Origin: an uncultured delta proteobacterium
GTDB taxonomy: Bacteria; Desulfobacterota; Binatia; UBA9968
Length of the DNA: 64,000 bases
Assembly: GCA_963816145.1 (NCBI GenBank)
Contig: CAWFJP010000029.1
Coordinates: 416,001-480,000 of the forward strand
Reading direction: 5' to 3'
Below the pieces are notes generated by a model. That model had not been told where the DNA came from, made no database searches, and saw only the letters and a list, made by a program, of their open reading frames with translations. Both the position numbers and the translations under genes were made by a program. Below, one piece after another: positions 39,606-51,893 of the stretch; position 1 is the first letter of the stretch; each line of letters starts with the position of its first letter.

Positions 39606-41066
39606 ATGACTCGGAGTGGTGACGATTTCCTGCGCGGCCTGCGCGATGGCAGGGCGGTATATTTGAATGGCGAGAGGGTGGCCGACGTGGCGGCTCACCC
39701 GGCGTTTGCTGCTGGCATCCGCACGGTGGCAGGGCTTTTCGACCTGGCGCATGATCCGGCCAACCGTGAACTGATGACTTACCCTTCACCGCGCGACGGC
39801 CGCCCAATCAATAAGGCTTGGATGGTGCCGCGCACGCGCGAAGACTTGGTAGCGCGAAGAAAAGCGATCAAGTCCTGGGCCGACGCGAGTTTCGGATTTC
39901 TCGGTCGCTCGCCGGATCACGTCGCATCGTTTTTCGCCGGCTTCGCCGGATCACCGGCATTTTACGCGCGCGAAAGGCAGCAATTTGCCGATAATCTGTT
40001 GCGCTTCGCCGCCAAGGCGGCGGATGAGGATCTTTACATCAGCTATGTCATCGTGCATCCAACCGTCGACCGGACCAAGCCGGCGCATCAGCAGGCCGAG
40101 CCATATCTTTACGCCGGCGCGGCGGCTGAGCGCGACGGCGGCATCGTCCTGCGCGGGGCGCAGATGCTCGGCACCGCCTCGGTGATGTCGGACTATGTTT
40201 TTGTAACTGTAATCTTGCCGCTCAAACCCGGCGACGAAGACTACGCGATCTCGTGTGTGGTACCCAATGGCGCCCCGGGCCTGAAGCTCTACCCGCGCCG
40301 GCCCTATGCCCTCGGCGCCACCAGCGTCTTCGATTATCCGTTATCGAGCCGCTTTGACGAAAGCGATTCGTTGGTGGTGTTCGACGATGTCTTTGTGCCT
40401 TGGGAAGACGTCTTTATATACAAAAATATCGAGCTGACCGCGGGCCAGTTCAGCACCACCGCGGCCCATGTGCTGGGCAATACGCAGTCGCATATCCGCT
40501 CCTGGGCCAAGCTCCAGTTTCTAGTCGGTCTGGTGAAGCGCTGCATGGACGCGAGCGGCCGCTCGGCCGCAAGCGAGATTGTCTCTCAGTTGGGCGACCT
40601 GGCGACCCGTGTGTCGATCGTCGCGGGCATGATTCTCGGCGCCGAAGCGGCGGCGGAGCCGGATCAGTTCGGCGTCATGAGACCGAAGGACTCGCTGCTC
40701 TACGCCAGCCAGGTTTACCAACAGGCGATGTATCCTGCGCTCCTCAACCAAGTCCGCGGCCTTATGGGCGGCAGCTTGATCCAGTTGCCGGCGACAGTTG
40801 GCGAGTTTGCCGCGCCGGAGTCGGCGGCGGATATCGAGCGCTATGTACGCTGGCCTCATGCTACCGGAGAGCTGCGGGTGAAATTATTAAAGCTGTTGTG
40901 GGACGCGATCGGCTCGGAGTTCGCCTCGCGCCATCTTCAGTATGAAATGTTCTATGCCGGCGAACCGTCCGCTATCCATGGGCGCGAGTTTCGCAACTTC
41001 GACTGGGCGGCGGCGCAGGAGTTGGTCGAAAAATGTTTGGCGAGTTATAACAAGGATAGCCGCTAA
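39606..41066 (+). CDS. 4-hydroxyphenylacetate 3-monooxygenase oxygenase-component family (HpaB-like)
   Basis: LRDGRAVYLNGE, GRSPDH, LSSRFDESD, FDDVFVPWE, SEFASRHLQYEMFYAG. Confidence 0.88.
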   Translation: MTRSGDDFLRGLRDGRAVYLNGERVADVAAHPAFAAGIRTVAGLFDLAHDPANRELMTYPSPRDGRPINKAWMVPRTREDLVARRKAIKSWADASFGFLGRSPDHVASFFAGFAGSPAFYARERQQFADNLLRFAAKAADEDLYISYVIVHPTVDRTKPAHQQAEPYLYAGAAAERDGGIVLRGAQMLGTASVMSDYVFVTVILPLKPGDEDYAISCVVPNGAPGLKLYPRRPYALGATSVFDYPLSSRFDESDSLVVFDDVFVPWEDVFIYKNIELTAGQFSTTAAHVLGNTQSHIRSWAKLQFLVGLVKRCMDASGRSAASEIVSQLGDLATRVSIVAGMILGAEAAAEPDQFGVMRPKDSLLYASQVYQQAMYPALLNQVRGLMGGSLIQLPATVGEFAAPESAADIERYVRWPHATGELRVKLLKLLWDAIGSEFASRHLQYEMFYAGEPSAIHGREFRNFDWAAAQELVEKCLASYNKDSR

Positions 41067-41135
41067 TAAGGATAGCTTTGGCGATTCAAATCCGGGAAAA
41101 GCTTCACGGCAAAGACGCAGAGTTGCGCCCGCCAG

Positions 41136-42008
41136 TCAGTCAAACCGGAACGATGCGTCGGTGCCGCTCACCGCTCCCTTGAGCGATGGATTATTCAAAG
41201 TCCCTTTGAACTTGAGATCGTTGATGTCGTAGATGCCGTCAAAGCGCAGATGTTTCGGCGTTGCTCTTCTGAACAGCGGCAGGGCGCGGTTCACTTTTCC
41301 TAGATCGAGGTTCTTGGCGTTCAGATTCCCCTCTATGGGATAGTTGCGATAATCGCCGATTCCCGCAATCGGGCCGACGCGAATGTTGAACTTCAGATTG
41401 GGTTTGGCGGTCATCACCGCCGCGGTCAGCTGCAGCTCGACGGGCTCGTCCTCGTCGAAGTCGCTCTGTCGTAGATCGATCTGCGACAAAACGATTTCGC
41501 TATCGTTTTTCAGGTCGCGATAACGCAATGTGCCATTGGTTATTTGCACCCCAGCGAGGGCAAATATCTGGCGATCATTGGCGCGCTGATCGCTTCGGTT
41601 GGTTCTGTTTGCCGGCGGCTTTCTTTCCCCGCCTTGAGGCTCATAGTTGTAACGGCCGTCAGCCTCGCGAATGATCGTGATCACGGGCGAATCCAGGGTG
41701 ATTTTAGCGGGCTGGAGCCGGCCAAGGAACAGGGGGAAAAAGCGCAGCTTAACTTGCATATCCTTGGCCAGCACCAGGGGATTGGCGCTGTCCCCGGGGT
41801 CGCCGGCGATGGCAAGGTTTGCCATACGAAGGGCAAATGGTTGGTAACTGATCTCGATCTTGTCCGAAGTTATAGCGTGACCGAAAGCGCGGGCCAGGCG
41901 GCCGAGTAAATAGTCTTTGTTGCGCTCAACGATGGAATTGACGTTCCACGCGGCGACAATGAGCAGGCAGGTTAAGACCAGACCGGCGGCGATGATGGGT
42001 TTACGCAT
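41136..42008 (-). CDS. AsmA family protein (N-terminal domain only)
   Basis: N-terminal TM anchor, LDSPVITIIREADGRYN, ITNGTLRYRD. Confidence 0.6.
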   Translation of the reverse strand: MRKPIIAAGLVLTCLLIVAAWNVNSIVERNKDYLLGRLARAFGHAITSDKIEISYQPFALRMANLAIAGDPGDSANPLVLAKDMQVKLRFFPLFLGRLQPAKITLDSPVITIIREADGRYNYEPQGGERKPPANRTNRSDQRANDRQIFALAGVQITNGTLRYRDLKNDSEIVLSQIDLRQSDFDEDEPVELQLTAAVMTAKPNLKFNIRVGPIAGIGDYRNYPIEGNLNAKNLDLGKVNRALPLFRRATPKHLRFDGIYDINDLKFKGTLNNPSLKGAVSGTDASFRFD

Positions 42009-42194
42009 AGCGGGCGCAGATGTTCGATTCAATCTAAACTGATGCAAGTGAGTCGAGTTTGATACTGGGTATGTCCTCGCGCACTCAATCTTATTCCTTG
42101 CGGCTGTTTTTTCAAACACCACCAGCAGATTTCGCTCTGGGCGAAGGGCTTGGACCGCAACGGTTCTTCAATTATGTTAAAGTTTTCTTGATCT

Positions 42195-44738
42195 ATGCGA
42201 ACCTTGAATTTACCCATCTCCGAAATTGAACAACGGTTGCGCGCCATTTTGGCAACCCAGAAACGGTTGCTGTTGACTGCACCGACCGGCTCGGGCAAGT
42301 CGACACAGGTACCGCAGATGCTTCTTGACGGCGGCCTGCTCGGCGCGGGGCAAGTAACTGTGTTGCAGCCACGCCGCTTGGCGACCCGCATGTTGGCTAC
42401 CTGGGTGGCGCAGTCGCGCGGCGGCAAACTCGGTGGCGAGGTCGGCTATCGGATGCGCTTAGATCATGTCGCGTCGGCGGCGACGCGGATCTGTTACGTG
42501 ACGGAAGGTGTGCTCTTGCGCCAGATGTTGACAGACCCAGAACTCCTGGGTGTCAACGCCCTCATCTTCGACGAATTTCACGAGCGCCATCTCTATGGCG
42601 ACATCACGCTGGCGCGCGCGCTGCAAATTCAGGAAAATGCGCGACCCGATCTGATCATCATCGTCATGTCGGCGACCTTGGATGTCGGCGCGGTCGAGAA
42701 ATTCCTGCAGCCCTGCGCGGTGTTGGCCTCCGCGGGCCGGAACTATCCGGTCGATGTCGAATATTTGCCGCAGTCGGCCGGTGCGGTGCCGGTTTGGGAT
42801 CTCGCGGTCCGGCAGACCGAACGTTTGGTACGCGAGGAGAGTGCAGGCGATGTGTTGATCTTCATGCCGGGCGCCTATGAGATTTCTCGTACGGTGCAGG
42901 CGGCGCGCGACAAGCTCGGACCGCAGTTCGTGGTTTTTCCGCTGCACGGTGAACTTCCGACAGGTGATCAGGATGCCGCGTTGGCGCGCTATGAGCGGCG
43001 CAAGGTCGTGGTTGCCACCAACGTCGCGGAAACTTCCCTGACCATTGACGGCGTGCGCTTGGTCGTCGACAGTGGATTGGCGCGGATTCCGCGTTTCGAT
43101 CCTTACCGCGGTATCAATACGTTGCTGGTTGACAAAATCAGCCGTGCCGCCGCGGATCAGAGAGCCGGCCGGGCGGGCCGTACCGCGCCTGGCCGGTGCT
43201 TGCGTTTGTGGACGGCCTACGAGCAAGAGGCGCGTCCGTTCCAAGAGCTCCCTGAAGTTAAGCGTCTGGATCTCGCAGAGGTCATTTTGACGCTCAAGGC
43301 GAGCGGGGTTGTCGACGTAAAACAGTTTCGCTGGTTGGAGACTCCCGACCCGCGCGCGTTGGAGCGGGCCGGGACTCTATTAGCGGATCTTGGAGCGATC
43401 GATGGATCCACCGGCGCGATCACCGATCTTGGCAGACGCATGCTGGCGTTCCCGGTTCATCCGCGTTATGCGCGCATGCTCTTGGCGGCGCAAGAATTTA
43501 ACTGTGTGCGGCCGGTGGCGTTGATCGCGGCACTTACTCAAGGCCGTGACCTGCTGTTACGCCAGCTGGCCATGCAAACCGACGATGGCCGCAGTGATCT
43601 TTTTGACGCTGACGGCGAGTCGGATTTTTTCATTCTTATGCGCGCATGGCGGTATGCCGAGCGCAACGGCTTTCACCCTGAACGCTGCCGGCGCATGGGT
43701 GTTCACGCTCAGGCGGCGCGCCAGGTCGGGCCGTTGTTCGAGCTGTTCCTGCGCATAGCCGGAGAAGTGGGTTTGGATATCAGCGAAAAGCCCATCGACA
43801 ATACGGCGGTGCAGCGCTGCCTTCTTCTCGGCTTTTCCGATCAGTTGGCGCGGCGCTTGGATGGGAAATCGTTGCGCTGCGACTTGGTCCATGGCCGGCG
43901 CGGTGTGCTGGCGCGCGAGAGCGTGGTGCGCTATGCACCGTTGTTCGTGGTCTCTGAAGTGCATGAAGTCGAAAGCAGCGGCGCCAGAGAGCGAAATCTC
44001 AACGTCAGGCTCAACCTAGCCACCGCGGTCAATGAGGAATGGCTGCGCGAATTGTTTCCGCAGGATTTCCACGAAACACGAGCCGTGATCTATGATCCAG
44101 CGTTACACCGCGTGGTGGCGCGGGTCGAGCGGCGCTTCCGTGATCTGCTGCTGGAGGAAAATCTCACCGAAAATCCGCCGTTGGACGAGGCGGCGGCACT
44201 TTTGGCACGGGAAGTGATCGCCGGGCGCTGCGTGCTCGAGAACTGGAACGAATCCGTCGAGCAGTGGATTTTGCGCGTCAATCGCTTGCGTGAATGGATG
44301 CCGGAACTGGAGTTGCCAGCCATCAATGGCGAGGATCGCGCCGCCATCATCGAGCATATTTGCCATGGGGCGTTGAGTTACGGCGAGATCAAAGACCGCC
44401 CGGTGATTCCCGTGGTGAAATCCTGGCTGTCGCACCAGCAACAAAGATGGATCGATGAATACGCTCCGGAGCGTATCCAGTTGCCGCGCGGCCGTTATGC
44501 CAAGCTGGTCTATTCCGCCGACGGGCCGCCGACGATCTCGGCGCGCATTCAGGATCTCTACGACATCAAGGATGGAATTTCGATCGCCAACCGGCGCGTT
44601 CCGGTGCGCATCCAAGTGCTCGCGCCAAGTAACCGTCCGGTGCAGGTGACCGATAATCTATCGCTCTTCTGGCGCGAAACCTATCCGAAACTCAAACAAC
44701 AATTGCAGCGCAGATATCCCAAGCATGAGTGGCGCTGA
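42195..44738 (+). CDS. hrpB: ATP-dependent helicase HrpB
   Basis: APTGSGKST, QPRRLA, DEFHER, MSATL, ATNVAETSLTIDGV, QRAGRAGR, C-terminal RYPKHEW. Confidence 0.95.
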   Translation: MRTLNLPISEIEQRLRAILATQKRLLLTAPTGSGKSTQVPQMLLDGGLLGAGQVTVLQPRRLATRMLATWVAQSRGGKLGGEVGYRMRLDHVASAATRICYVTEGVLLRQMLTDPELLGVNALIFDEFHERHLYGDITLARALQIQENARPDLIIIVMSATLDVGAVEKFLQPCAVLASAGRNYPVDVEYLPQSAGAVPVWDLAVRQTERLVREESAGDVLIFMPGAYEISRTVQAARDKLGPQFVVFPLHGELPTGDQDAALARYERRKVVVATNVAETSLTIDGVRLVVDSGLARIPRFDPYRGINTLLVDKISRAAADQRAGRAGRTAPGRCLRLWTAYEQEARPFQELPEVKRLDLAEVILTLKASGVVDVKQFRWLETPDPRALERAGTLLADLGAIDGSTGAITDLGRRMLAFPVHPRYARMLLAAQEFNCVRPVALIAALTQGRDLLLRQLAMQTDDGRSDLFDADGESDFFILMRAWRYAERNGFHPERCRRMGVHAQAARQVGPLFELFLRIAGEVGLDISEKPIDNTAVQRCLLLGFSDQLARRLDGKSLRCDLVHGRRGVLARESVVRYAPLFVVSEVHEVESSGARERNLNVRLNLATAVNEEWLRELFPQDFHETRAVIYDPALHRVVARVERRFRDLLLEENLTENPPLDEAAALLAREVIAGRCVLENWNESVEQWILRVNRLREWMPELELPAINGEDRAAIIEHICHGALSYGEIKDRPVIPVVKSWLSHQQQRWIDEYAPERIQLPRGRYAKLVYSADGPPTISARIQDLYDIKDGISIANRRVPVRIQVLAPSNRPVQVTDNLSLFWRETYPKLKQQLQRRYPKHEWR

Positions 44739-44899
44739 GCAATAAATTGAGTTGCCTTAGGAAAATCACGGATTCGGAGATTTAACCGCAAAGGGCGCAA
44801 AAAACGCAAAAAAGGAATCGTACTGCCAGGGAGCAACTCTCGGTGGTTAACCTCCGCCCTGCCACAGAGATTGCGACGATCGGAAGAGGAGAATGGGGT

Positions 44900-45739
44900 A
44901 TGAAGCTATCGACATACAATCAGATTGCGGTTCCGTCGTTCATGTATGGCACGGCTTGGAAGAAAGATGCTACGGCGCAGTTGGTTAAATTGGCGGTGGA
45001 ATGCGGTTTCACGGCCATCGATACCGCCAACCAGTTGATTCATTACCAGGAAGCGCTGGTAGGTGAGGCGTTGCAGTCGCTGGCGCAACAGGGTGTGACG
45101 CGAGAATCGCTATTTCTCCAAAGCAAATTTACTTCAGCCGATGGCCAAGATCATCGCACTCCGTACGATCCCAGCGCCGCTCTCACTACTCAGGTGCAGC
45201 AGTCTTTCGACAGCTCGCTGGAACATCTGCACACCGACTATCTCGATTCCTATGTGCTCCACGCGCCGTTTTCGCGACGCGGGTTGGGTGCGGCGGATTG
45301 GGAGGTGTGGGCGGTGATGGAGTCGCTTTATCTGGCGGGCAAGACCAGGATGATCGGGATTAGTAATATCACAGCTGCCCAATTAGCGCTGCTCTGCCAG
45401 GAAGCACAGGTGAAACCGATGATGGTGCAAAATCGCTGTTTCGCGGTACGGGCGTGGGATGAGGAAGTGCGCGACATTTGTCGGCAGCACGGCATCATTT
45501 ACCAGGGATTTTCGTTGCTCACTGCCAATCGCGACGTCCTTGCCGCACCGGAAGTTCGCGCGCTTGCCGAGCGCGAGGGCGTCGGACCGGCCCAGGTGGT
45601 GTTTAGTTTCGCCATGCAAGTCGGCATGTTGCCGCTGACCGGCACGGCTAACCGACAACATATGTTGGAGGATCTCGCCGCGGAGCGGATCACGCTTTCG
45701 GCTGATGAGGTTCAGCGCATCGAAATGATCGGGTTGTGA
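44900..45739 (+). CDS. Aldo/keto reductase family protein
   Basis: YGTAWKK, IDTAN...HY, LFLQSKF, DYLDSYVLH, IGISN. Confidence 0.88.
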   Translation: MKLSTYNQIAVPSFMYGTAWKKDATAQLVKLAVECGFTAIDTANQLIHYQEALVGEALQSLAQQGVTRESLFLQSKFTSADGQDHRTPYDPSAALTTQVQQSFDSSLEHLHTDYLDSYVLHAPFSRRGLGAADWEVWAVMESLYLAGKTRMIGISNITAAQLALLCQEAQVKPMMVQNRCFAVRAWDEEVRDICRQHGIIYQGFSLLTANRDVLAAPEVRALAEREGVGPAQVVFSFAMQVGMLPLTGTANRQHMLEDLAAERITLSADEVQRIEMIGL

Positions 45740-45788
45740 CGTTTTGGAAGTTACTTGTGAGTTGTCATTTTGAGGAGAATATTCGCTC

Positions 45789-45867
45789 TCACCACGAAGG
45801 ACGCGATCACGAAGGTTTCGTAAAACCAGAAATTCGACCTTCGTGATCTTCGTGTCCTTCGTGGTGA
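45789..45867. repeat. CACGAAG-type palindrome
   Basis: tcaccacgaaggacgcgatcacgaagg ... ccttcgtgatcttcgtgtccttcgtggtga; between convergent genes. Confidence 0.85.
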
Positions 45868-45919
45868 AAATGTTTTTGACATTCACTCGCGGCCATGCCA
45901 CGCCAGATTGCCGCGCAGT

Positions 45920-47245
45920 TCATCGCTTCTGCTTCTTTTTTTCTTCCCAGTATTTCAGTCTCTCCTTGATTTGTCTCTCATAGCCGGATTCGGACGGCGT
46001 GTAGTAGCTTCTATCGGCAAGCTCGTTGGGCAGGTGTTGTTGATCGACGATATGCTCCTCGTAATTGTGGGCGTATTGGTAATCTTTTCCATAGCCCAAG
46101 TTCTTCATTAAGCCGGTAGGCGCGTTGCGCAGATGCATGGGGACGGCCAACGCGCCATGCGCTTCGACATCTTTTGCCGCTGCCAACATCGCTTTGTATG
46201 ATGCGTTGGATTTAGGCGCGCTCGCCAGGTAGGTCACCGCCTGAGCCAAGGGAATCTTGCCTTCCGGGAGACCGACGAAGTGGACGGCGTCTTTGGCGGC
46301 GACGGCGACCTGCAAGGCCCGCGGGTCGGCGTTGCCGATGTCTTCGGAGGCGAAGATCACCATGCGGCGGGCGATGAACAGCGGCTCTTCGCCGGCCTCC
46401 AACATGCGCATCATCCAGTAGAGCGCCGCATCCGGGTCGCTGCCGCGCAGGCTTTTTATAAACGCAGAGATGACGTTGTAGTGCTCTTCGCCGGCTTTGT
46501 CGTATTGCAAGGGCTTCTTTTGCAGGGCCTCTTGAAGATGGACGAGAGTGATTTCGTTTTGCTTGTGAGCTTGGGCCAGCGATGCAGCGCTCTCCAATCC
46601 GTTTAACGCCACCCGGCAGTCGCCCTGGGATTGTTGGATGATGAAGTCGCGGCCTTCAGCGGAGATCGTCAGTTTCATTTTGCCAAGACCGCGCTCGGTA
46701 TCGCCGAGGGCGCGGTCGATAATCTTGCCCATGTCGGTGGGGGAAAGTGCTTTAAGCACCAGAACCTGACAGCGCGAGAGCAGGGGAGAGATGACCTCGA
46801 AGGAAGGATTCTCGGTGGTGGCGCCGATCAGGATGAGCGTACCCCTTTCCACATGGGGAAGAAAATTGTCTTGCTGCGATTTATTGAAGTGATGGATCTC
46901 GTCGACGAACAACACCGTCGGTGTGCCCAAACGTTGGAGCTGTTCGGCGTCCTGAATGATTTTTTTTAAGTCTTTGACTCCGGAAGTCACGGCCGAGAAA
47001 TGCACGCAGTGGGCACCGGCGGAGTTGGCTAGGATCTGCGCCAAGGTGGTTTTGCCGCTCCCGGGCGGCCCCCACAGAATGAGTGATCGAAGTTTGCCGG
47101 CGCCGCTGAGGCCGCGCAGCAGTTTGCCGGCACCGAGCAAGTGTTCTTGGCCGACAAATTCGTCGAGCGAAGTTGGCCGCATCGCTTCGGCCAGCGGTCG
47201 TGAGGAAAAATTGTTTTTGGCTGGTGCCGAGTCAAAAAGGTCCAT
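45920..47245 (-). CDS. rarA: Replication-associated recombination protein A (MgsA)
   Basis: [51 protein letters not shown]. Confidence 0.95.
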   Translation of the reverse strand: MDLFDSAPAKNNFSSRPLAEAMRPTSLDEFVGQEHLLGAGKLLRGLSGAGKLRSLILWGPPGSGKTTLAQILANSAGAHCVHFSAVTSGVKDLKKIIQDAEQLQRLGTPTVLFVDEIHHFNKSQQDNFLPHVERGTLILIGATTENPSFEVISPLLSRCQVLVLKALSPTDMGKIIDRALGDTERGLGKMKLTISAEGRDFIIQQSQGDCRVALNGLESAASLAQAHKQNEITLVHLQEALQKKPLQYDKAGEEHYNVISAFIKSLRGSDPDAALYWMMRMLEAGEEPLFIARRMVIFASEDIGNADPRALQVAVAAKDAVHFVGLPEGKIPLAQAVTYLASAPKSNASYKAMLAAAKDVEAHGALAVPMHLRNAPTGLMKNLGYGKDYQYAHNYEEHIVDQQHLPNELADRSYYTPSESGYERQIKERLKYWEEKKKQKR

Positions 47246-47354
47246 GCACAGTCATGCTAGCACAAGTGTGACGTCGGATTGTAGTCACCCTGAATTTGCT
47301 TTCGCTCGCCGCCCGTCAGTGCTATGTTGGGCGAAGCAGCGGGGAAAAACAGCC

Positions 47355-47723
47355 ATGGCAGAAGCTTCGGATAAAGACAATCCATCGTTCATTCAAGGCG
47401 CGGCGCCGCGCACGGTGCTGTTCGCCAACTCATCGATTTCGGGCAAGCTCAGTTACAATCTGCCCGTCAAAATCGACGGTCATTTCACCGGCGAGATCAA
47501 ATCCACGGAACTGTTGGTGATCGGCCCCAACGCACAGGTGGAGGCGCATGTGTCGGCGCGGCAGGTGCACCTCGAGGGCAAGCTGATCGGCTCCGTGCAG
47601 GCGATGGGCTGTCTTGAGATTCTAAAAGGCGGTTACTTCAAGGGTGAAGCTCGGGTTGCGGAACTCAAGCTTCACCCCGATGCGGTGTTCGAAGGGACAG
47701 GGAATATTCTCGGCAGCAGCTAG
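47355..47723 (+). CDS. Bactofilin (polymer-forming cytoskeletal protein)
   Basis: ISGKL...VKIDGHFTGEI...LVIG...V...GKLIG beta-helix pattern. Confidence 0.8.
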   Translation: MAEASDKDNPSFIQGAAPRTVLFANSSISGKLSYNLPVKIDGHFTGEIKSTELLVIGPNAQVEAHVSARQVHLEGKLIGSVQAMGCLEILKGGYFKGEARVAELKLHPDAVFEGTGNILGSS

Positions 47724-47735
47724 TTGCCGCTGCTC

Positions 47736-48080
47736 TTAGCCTTCTTGCTCGGTGAGGCGGGCGGCTTTACCGGACAGATCCCGTAGATAATAAAGCTTGG
47801 CGCGGCGGACTTTTCCGTGCGACATGATTTCGACTTTCTCGATGCGCGGCGAGTGGATCGGGAAAATGCGCTCGACACCGACCCCATAGGAAATTTTTCG
47901 TACGGTGAAGTTGGCGCGGGCGCCGGTGCCGGCCATGCCGATCACGACCCCTTCAAATACCTGAGTGCGCTCTTTTTCGCCTTCGACAACTTTGACATGG
48001 ACGCGGACAGTTTCGCCTGGACGCAAGTTCGGAAGGTCCGGCTTCAGCTGTTCGGATTCGATTTTCGCAATGGTATTCAT
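47736..48080 (-). CDS. rplS: 50S ribosomal protein L19
   Basis: [38 protein letters not shown]. Confidence 0.97.
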   Translation of the reverse strand: MNTIAKIESEQLKPDLPNLRPGETVRVHVKVVEGEKERTQVFEGVVIGMAGTGARANFTVRKISYGVGVERIFPIHSPRIEKVEIMSHGKVRRAKLYYLRDLSGKAARLTEQEG

Positions 48081-48095
48081 AACTGCTCCTATCGA

Positions 48096-49373
48096 TTACC
48101 TCGCTAGTAGGCGGTCCAAAATGATCGCCGCGGCGGAACGGACCGATAGGTGGTTATAGTCGGAACCGCCAGCGACCGCTTCTAGAACGTAATCTGCTCG
48201 TGAAATTATTGTCTCAGTCAGGCCCCACCCTGTGCCGAAAATGACCAGAAAGGGCCGAGTCACACTATGTAACATGTCTTGCAGCGCGACGAAAGAGGTC
48301 CGCTCTGTCCCAGTGTCGCGGGCCGAAGTCACGACGATCAAAGGCTTTTGGCTGCACTCTTTTTCGATATCGATAATCGTGTCGTCGAGGTTGTCGCTAA
48401 TCCGCGCCAGCGCCAGCGCATCCTTGCGCGTGACGTTGTATTGGCTGCCGTAGCCGACCTCCCAGTGGTCGATAATCTTGAGCGCCAATTTTTGCAGCGG
48501 CTTGACCGGCGTGACGACATAGAACCCTTGAATACCGTAGGTTTTGCCGGCGCGACAGATATCGTGGATATCCATGTTGGTCACTGCCGTGGTGACCACC
48601 TGGTGGTTCTTGTCATACACCGGATGATGCATGAGGGCGACATAAATTGGCGCTCGCCGGTGTTTCTTGCCGCCTGTTGCAGCGCCGGCTAGATTGGCCG
48701 CGTCAAGAAGATCGGGCCGGCGCCGGCGGGTGATCTCAAGACTCATTTCCCGGCGCCAGTCCTTGACCCGTTGGTGGGCTCCCGACAACAGCACTTCGGG
48801 AACCTTCATGCCGCGAAACTCTTCGGGACGGGTGTATTGGGGATATTCGAGCAGACCATCGCTGAAGGACTCATCGGCTGTCGAGTTTTCATTGCCCAGT
48901 ACGCCGGGTATCAGTCGGGTCACGGCGTCGATGACGATGTTGGCCGCCGGCTCGCCGCCGCTGAGCGTGTAATCACCGACGGAAATCTCTTCGTCGATGA
49001 ATGACTTGACGCGCTCGTCGACCCCTTCGTAGCGGCCGCAGAGCAAGACAATTTCATCTTCACCCGCCAAACGTTGGGCCTGGCTCTGTTTGAAGATTCG
49101 TCCCTGGGGCGCGAGCAGAACGACGCGGGCTTTCGGATTGTTCTTACGCGCCGCTTCGATGGCTGTCACAAGCGGCTCGGGTTTCATGACCATTCCTTGA
49201 CCACCGCCGTAGGGATAATCGTCGGTCATGCGGTGCTTGTCGGTGGTGTAATCGCGCAGGTCGATCAGATTGATCTTGACGAGATTTTTTTCCTGAGCGC
49301 GTTTTAAGATGCTATGGCCCAGAGACGAGGCGAACATCTGCGGAAAGATCGTGATGACGGTGAAGGTCAGCAT
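48096..49373 (-). CDS. trmD: tRNA (guanine37-N1)-methyltransferase TrmD fused to a second SPOUT domain (DUF2168/TM1570-like)
   Basis: DDYPYGGGQGM, CGRYEGVDER, SVGDYTLSGGE, LEYPQYTRP; then ALMHHPV...TAVTNMDIHDI...FGTGWGL...YNHLSVRSA. Confidence 0.92.
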   Translation of the reverse strand: MLTFTVITIFPQMFASSLGHSILKRAQEKNLVKINLIDLRDYTTDKHRMTDDYPYGGGQGMVMKPEPLVTAIEAARKNNPKARVVLLAPQGRIFKQSQAQRLAGEDEIVLLCGRYEGVDERVKSFIDEEISVGDYTLSGGEPAANIVIDAVTRLIPGVLGNENSTADESFSDGLLEYPQYTRPEEFRGMKVPEVLLSGAHQRVKDWRREMSLEITRRRRPDLLDAANLAGAATGGKKHRRAPIYVALMHHPVYDKNHQVVTTAVTNMDIHDICRAGKTYGIQGFYVVTPVKPLQKLALKIIDHWEVGYGSQYNVTRKDALALARISDNLDDTIIDIEKECSQKPLIVVTSARDTGTERTSFVALQDMLHSVTRPFLVIFGTGWGLTETIISRADYVLEAVAGGSDYNHLSVRSAAAIILDRLLAR

Positions 49374-49405
49374 TGATTTGCAAATTTAGGCCGACGCGTT
49401 GGCGG

Positions 49406-49945
49406 CTACAGGTCGAGCAGCCCTTCCGGCGGATCGACGATCACCCTGCGGGTATCGAAGTCGACCTTGTCGACAATCTCTTTGACCGCCGGAATTAGAA
49501 ATTCTTTTTCGGCTTCCTTGACGACCAGGATGTCGTTCCCGGCGGTTGATAGCACCGAGACGACGATACCGATGCGCGCGCCGTCTTTGTGGAAAACCTC
49601 GAAGCCGATTACTTGGTAGTGATAGTACTGTCCTGGATCGAGCGGTTCGAGCTCGCTCTCGTCCACGGATAACGTCGCGCCTAACCAGCACTGGGCTTGT
49701 TCGATGCGATCGATGCCGCGCAGCTTGATCAAGAATTGCTTCTTGAATGGTTTGGCATCCGCTGCCAGTTCCAAGTTCGCGTGGGCATCGCCAAGATCTA
49801 GACAAACCCTGCGTCCCGCGACCAATACGGCAGTGTCGGCGTTGAAGGGGTTGAGCTTCAACCAGCCGTCGAGGCCGTGGGTGGTGGCGATCGCGCCGAG
49901 GGGAACGGATGGTTCTGCCATCGGCGCAGCCTCGGAGCGGGTCAC
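49406..49945 (-). CDS. rimM: 16S rRNA processing protein RimM
   Basis: THGLDG, YYHYQVIG, GNDILVV, LIPAV, PPEGLL; operon position. Confidence 0.9.
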   Translation of the reverse strand: MTRSEAAPMAEPSVPLGAIATTHGLDGWLKLNPFNADTAVLVAGRRVCLDLGDAHANLELAADAKPFKKQFLIKLRGIDRIEQAQCWLGATLSVDESELEPLDPGQYYHYQVIGFEVFHKDGARIGIVVSVLSTAGNDILVVKEAEKEFLIPAVKEIVDKVDFDTRRVIVDPPEGLLDL

Positions 49946-50178
49946 TCTTCTTCGACGATTTCCAGGATGACTTTGCGGTTGCTTTTGGAAGCGGCAGCGT
50001 TGAGCAGCGTGCGGATCGATTTCGCCGTGCGGCCTTGCCGGCCGATCACACGGCCGAGGTCTTCCTTGGCGACTTTGAGCTCGAATATGGCAGTGTCGTC
50101 GCGCGTAGTCTCGTTGACCTCGACAGCGTTGGGATCATTTACCAGAGACTTAGCTAGGTATTGAACCAGTTCCTTCAT
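49942..50178 (-). CDS. khpA: KH domain RNA-binding protein KhpA
   Basis: DLGRVIGRQGRTAKSIRT; lies between rpsP and rimM. Confidence 0.9.
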   Translation of the reverse strand: MKELVQYLAKSLVNDPNAVEVNETTRDDTAIFELKVAKEDLGRVIGRQGRTAKSIRTLLNAAASKSNRKVILEIVEEE

Positions 50179-50204
50179 TCAGGCGGTTCTTTCCGCGGTC
50201 AAGC

Positions 50205-50450
50205 TTAGCTGGCTTTCCGCTCTTTTTTCATCAGTTCGGAAACGGTTTGACTTGGCTTGGCGCCTTTCTTGATCCACGCGTCGATTTTTTCGCGATCCAT
50301 TTTCACACCGCCGGTTTTGGCGCGCGGATCGTAGGTGCCGACCTGCTCGATGTAGCGGCCGTCGCGGGCGAAGCGCTGATCGCTAACGACGATGCGGTAG
50401 AAAGGTTTTTTCTTGGCGCCATGGCGGCTCATACGAATGCTTACACTCAT
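50205..50450 (-). CDS. rpsP: 30S ribosomal protein S16
   Basis: [33 protein letters not shown]. Confidence 0.97.
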   Translation of the reverse strand: MSVSIRMSRHGAKKKPFYRIVVSDQRFARDGRYIEQVGTYDPRAKTGGVKMDREKIDAWIKKGAKPSQTVSELMKKERKAS

Positions 50451-50470
50451 GCTAGTTCTTCCTTCTCGTG

Positions 50471-51811
<1,341 letters not shown>

Positions 51812-51893
51812 GTACGGGGATGCTAAGATGCGATATTTTCAAGAGAATTACCAAAACAAAGTAATAAAAAACGTTTCTGGAGTCAAGTTCGCC

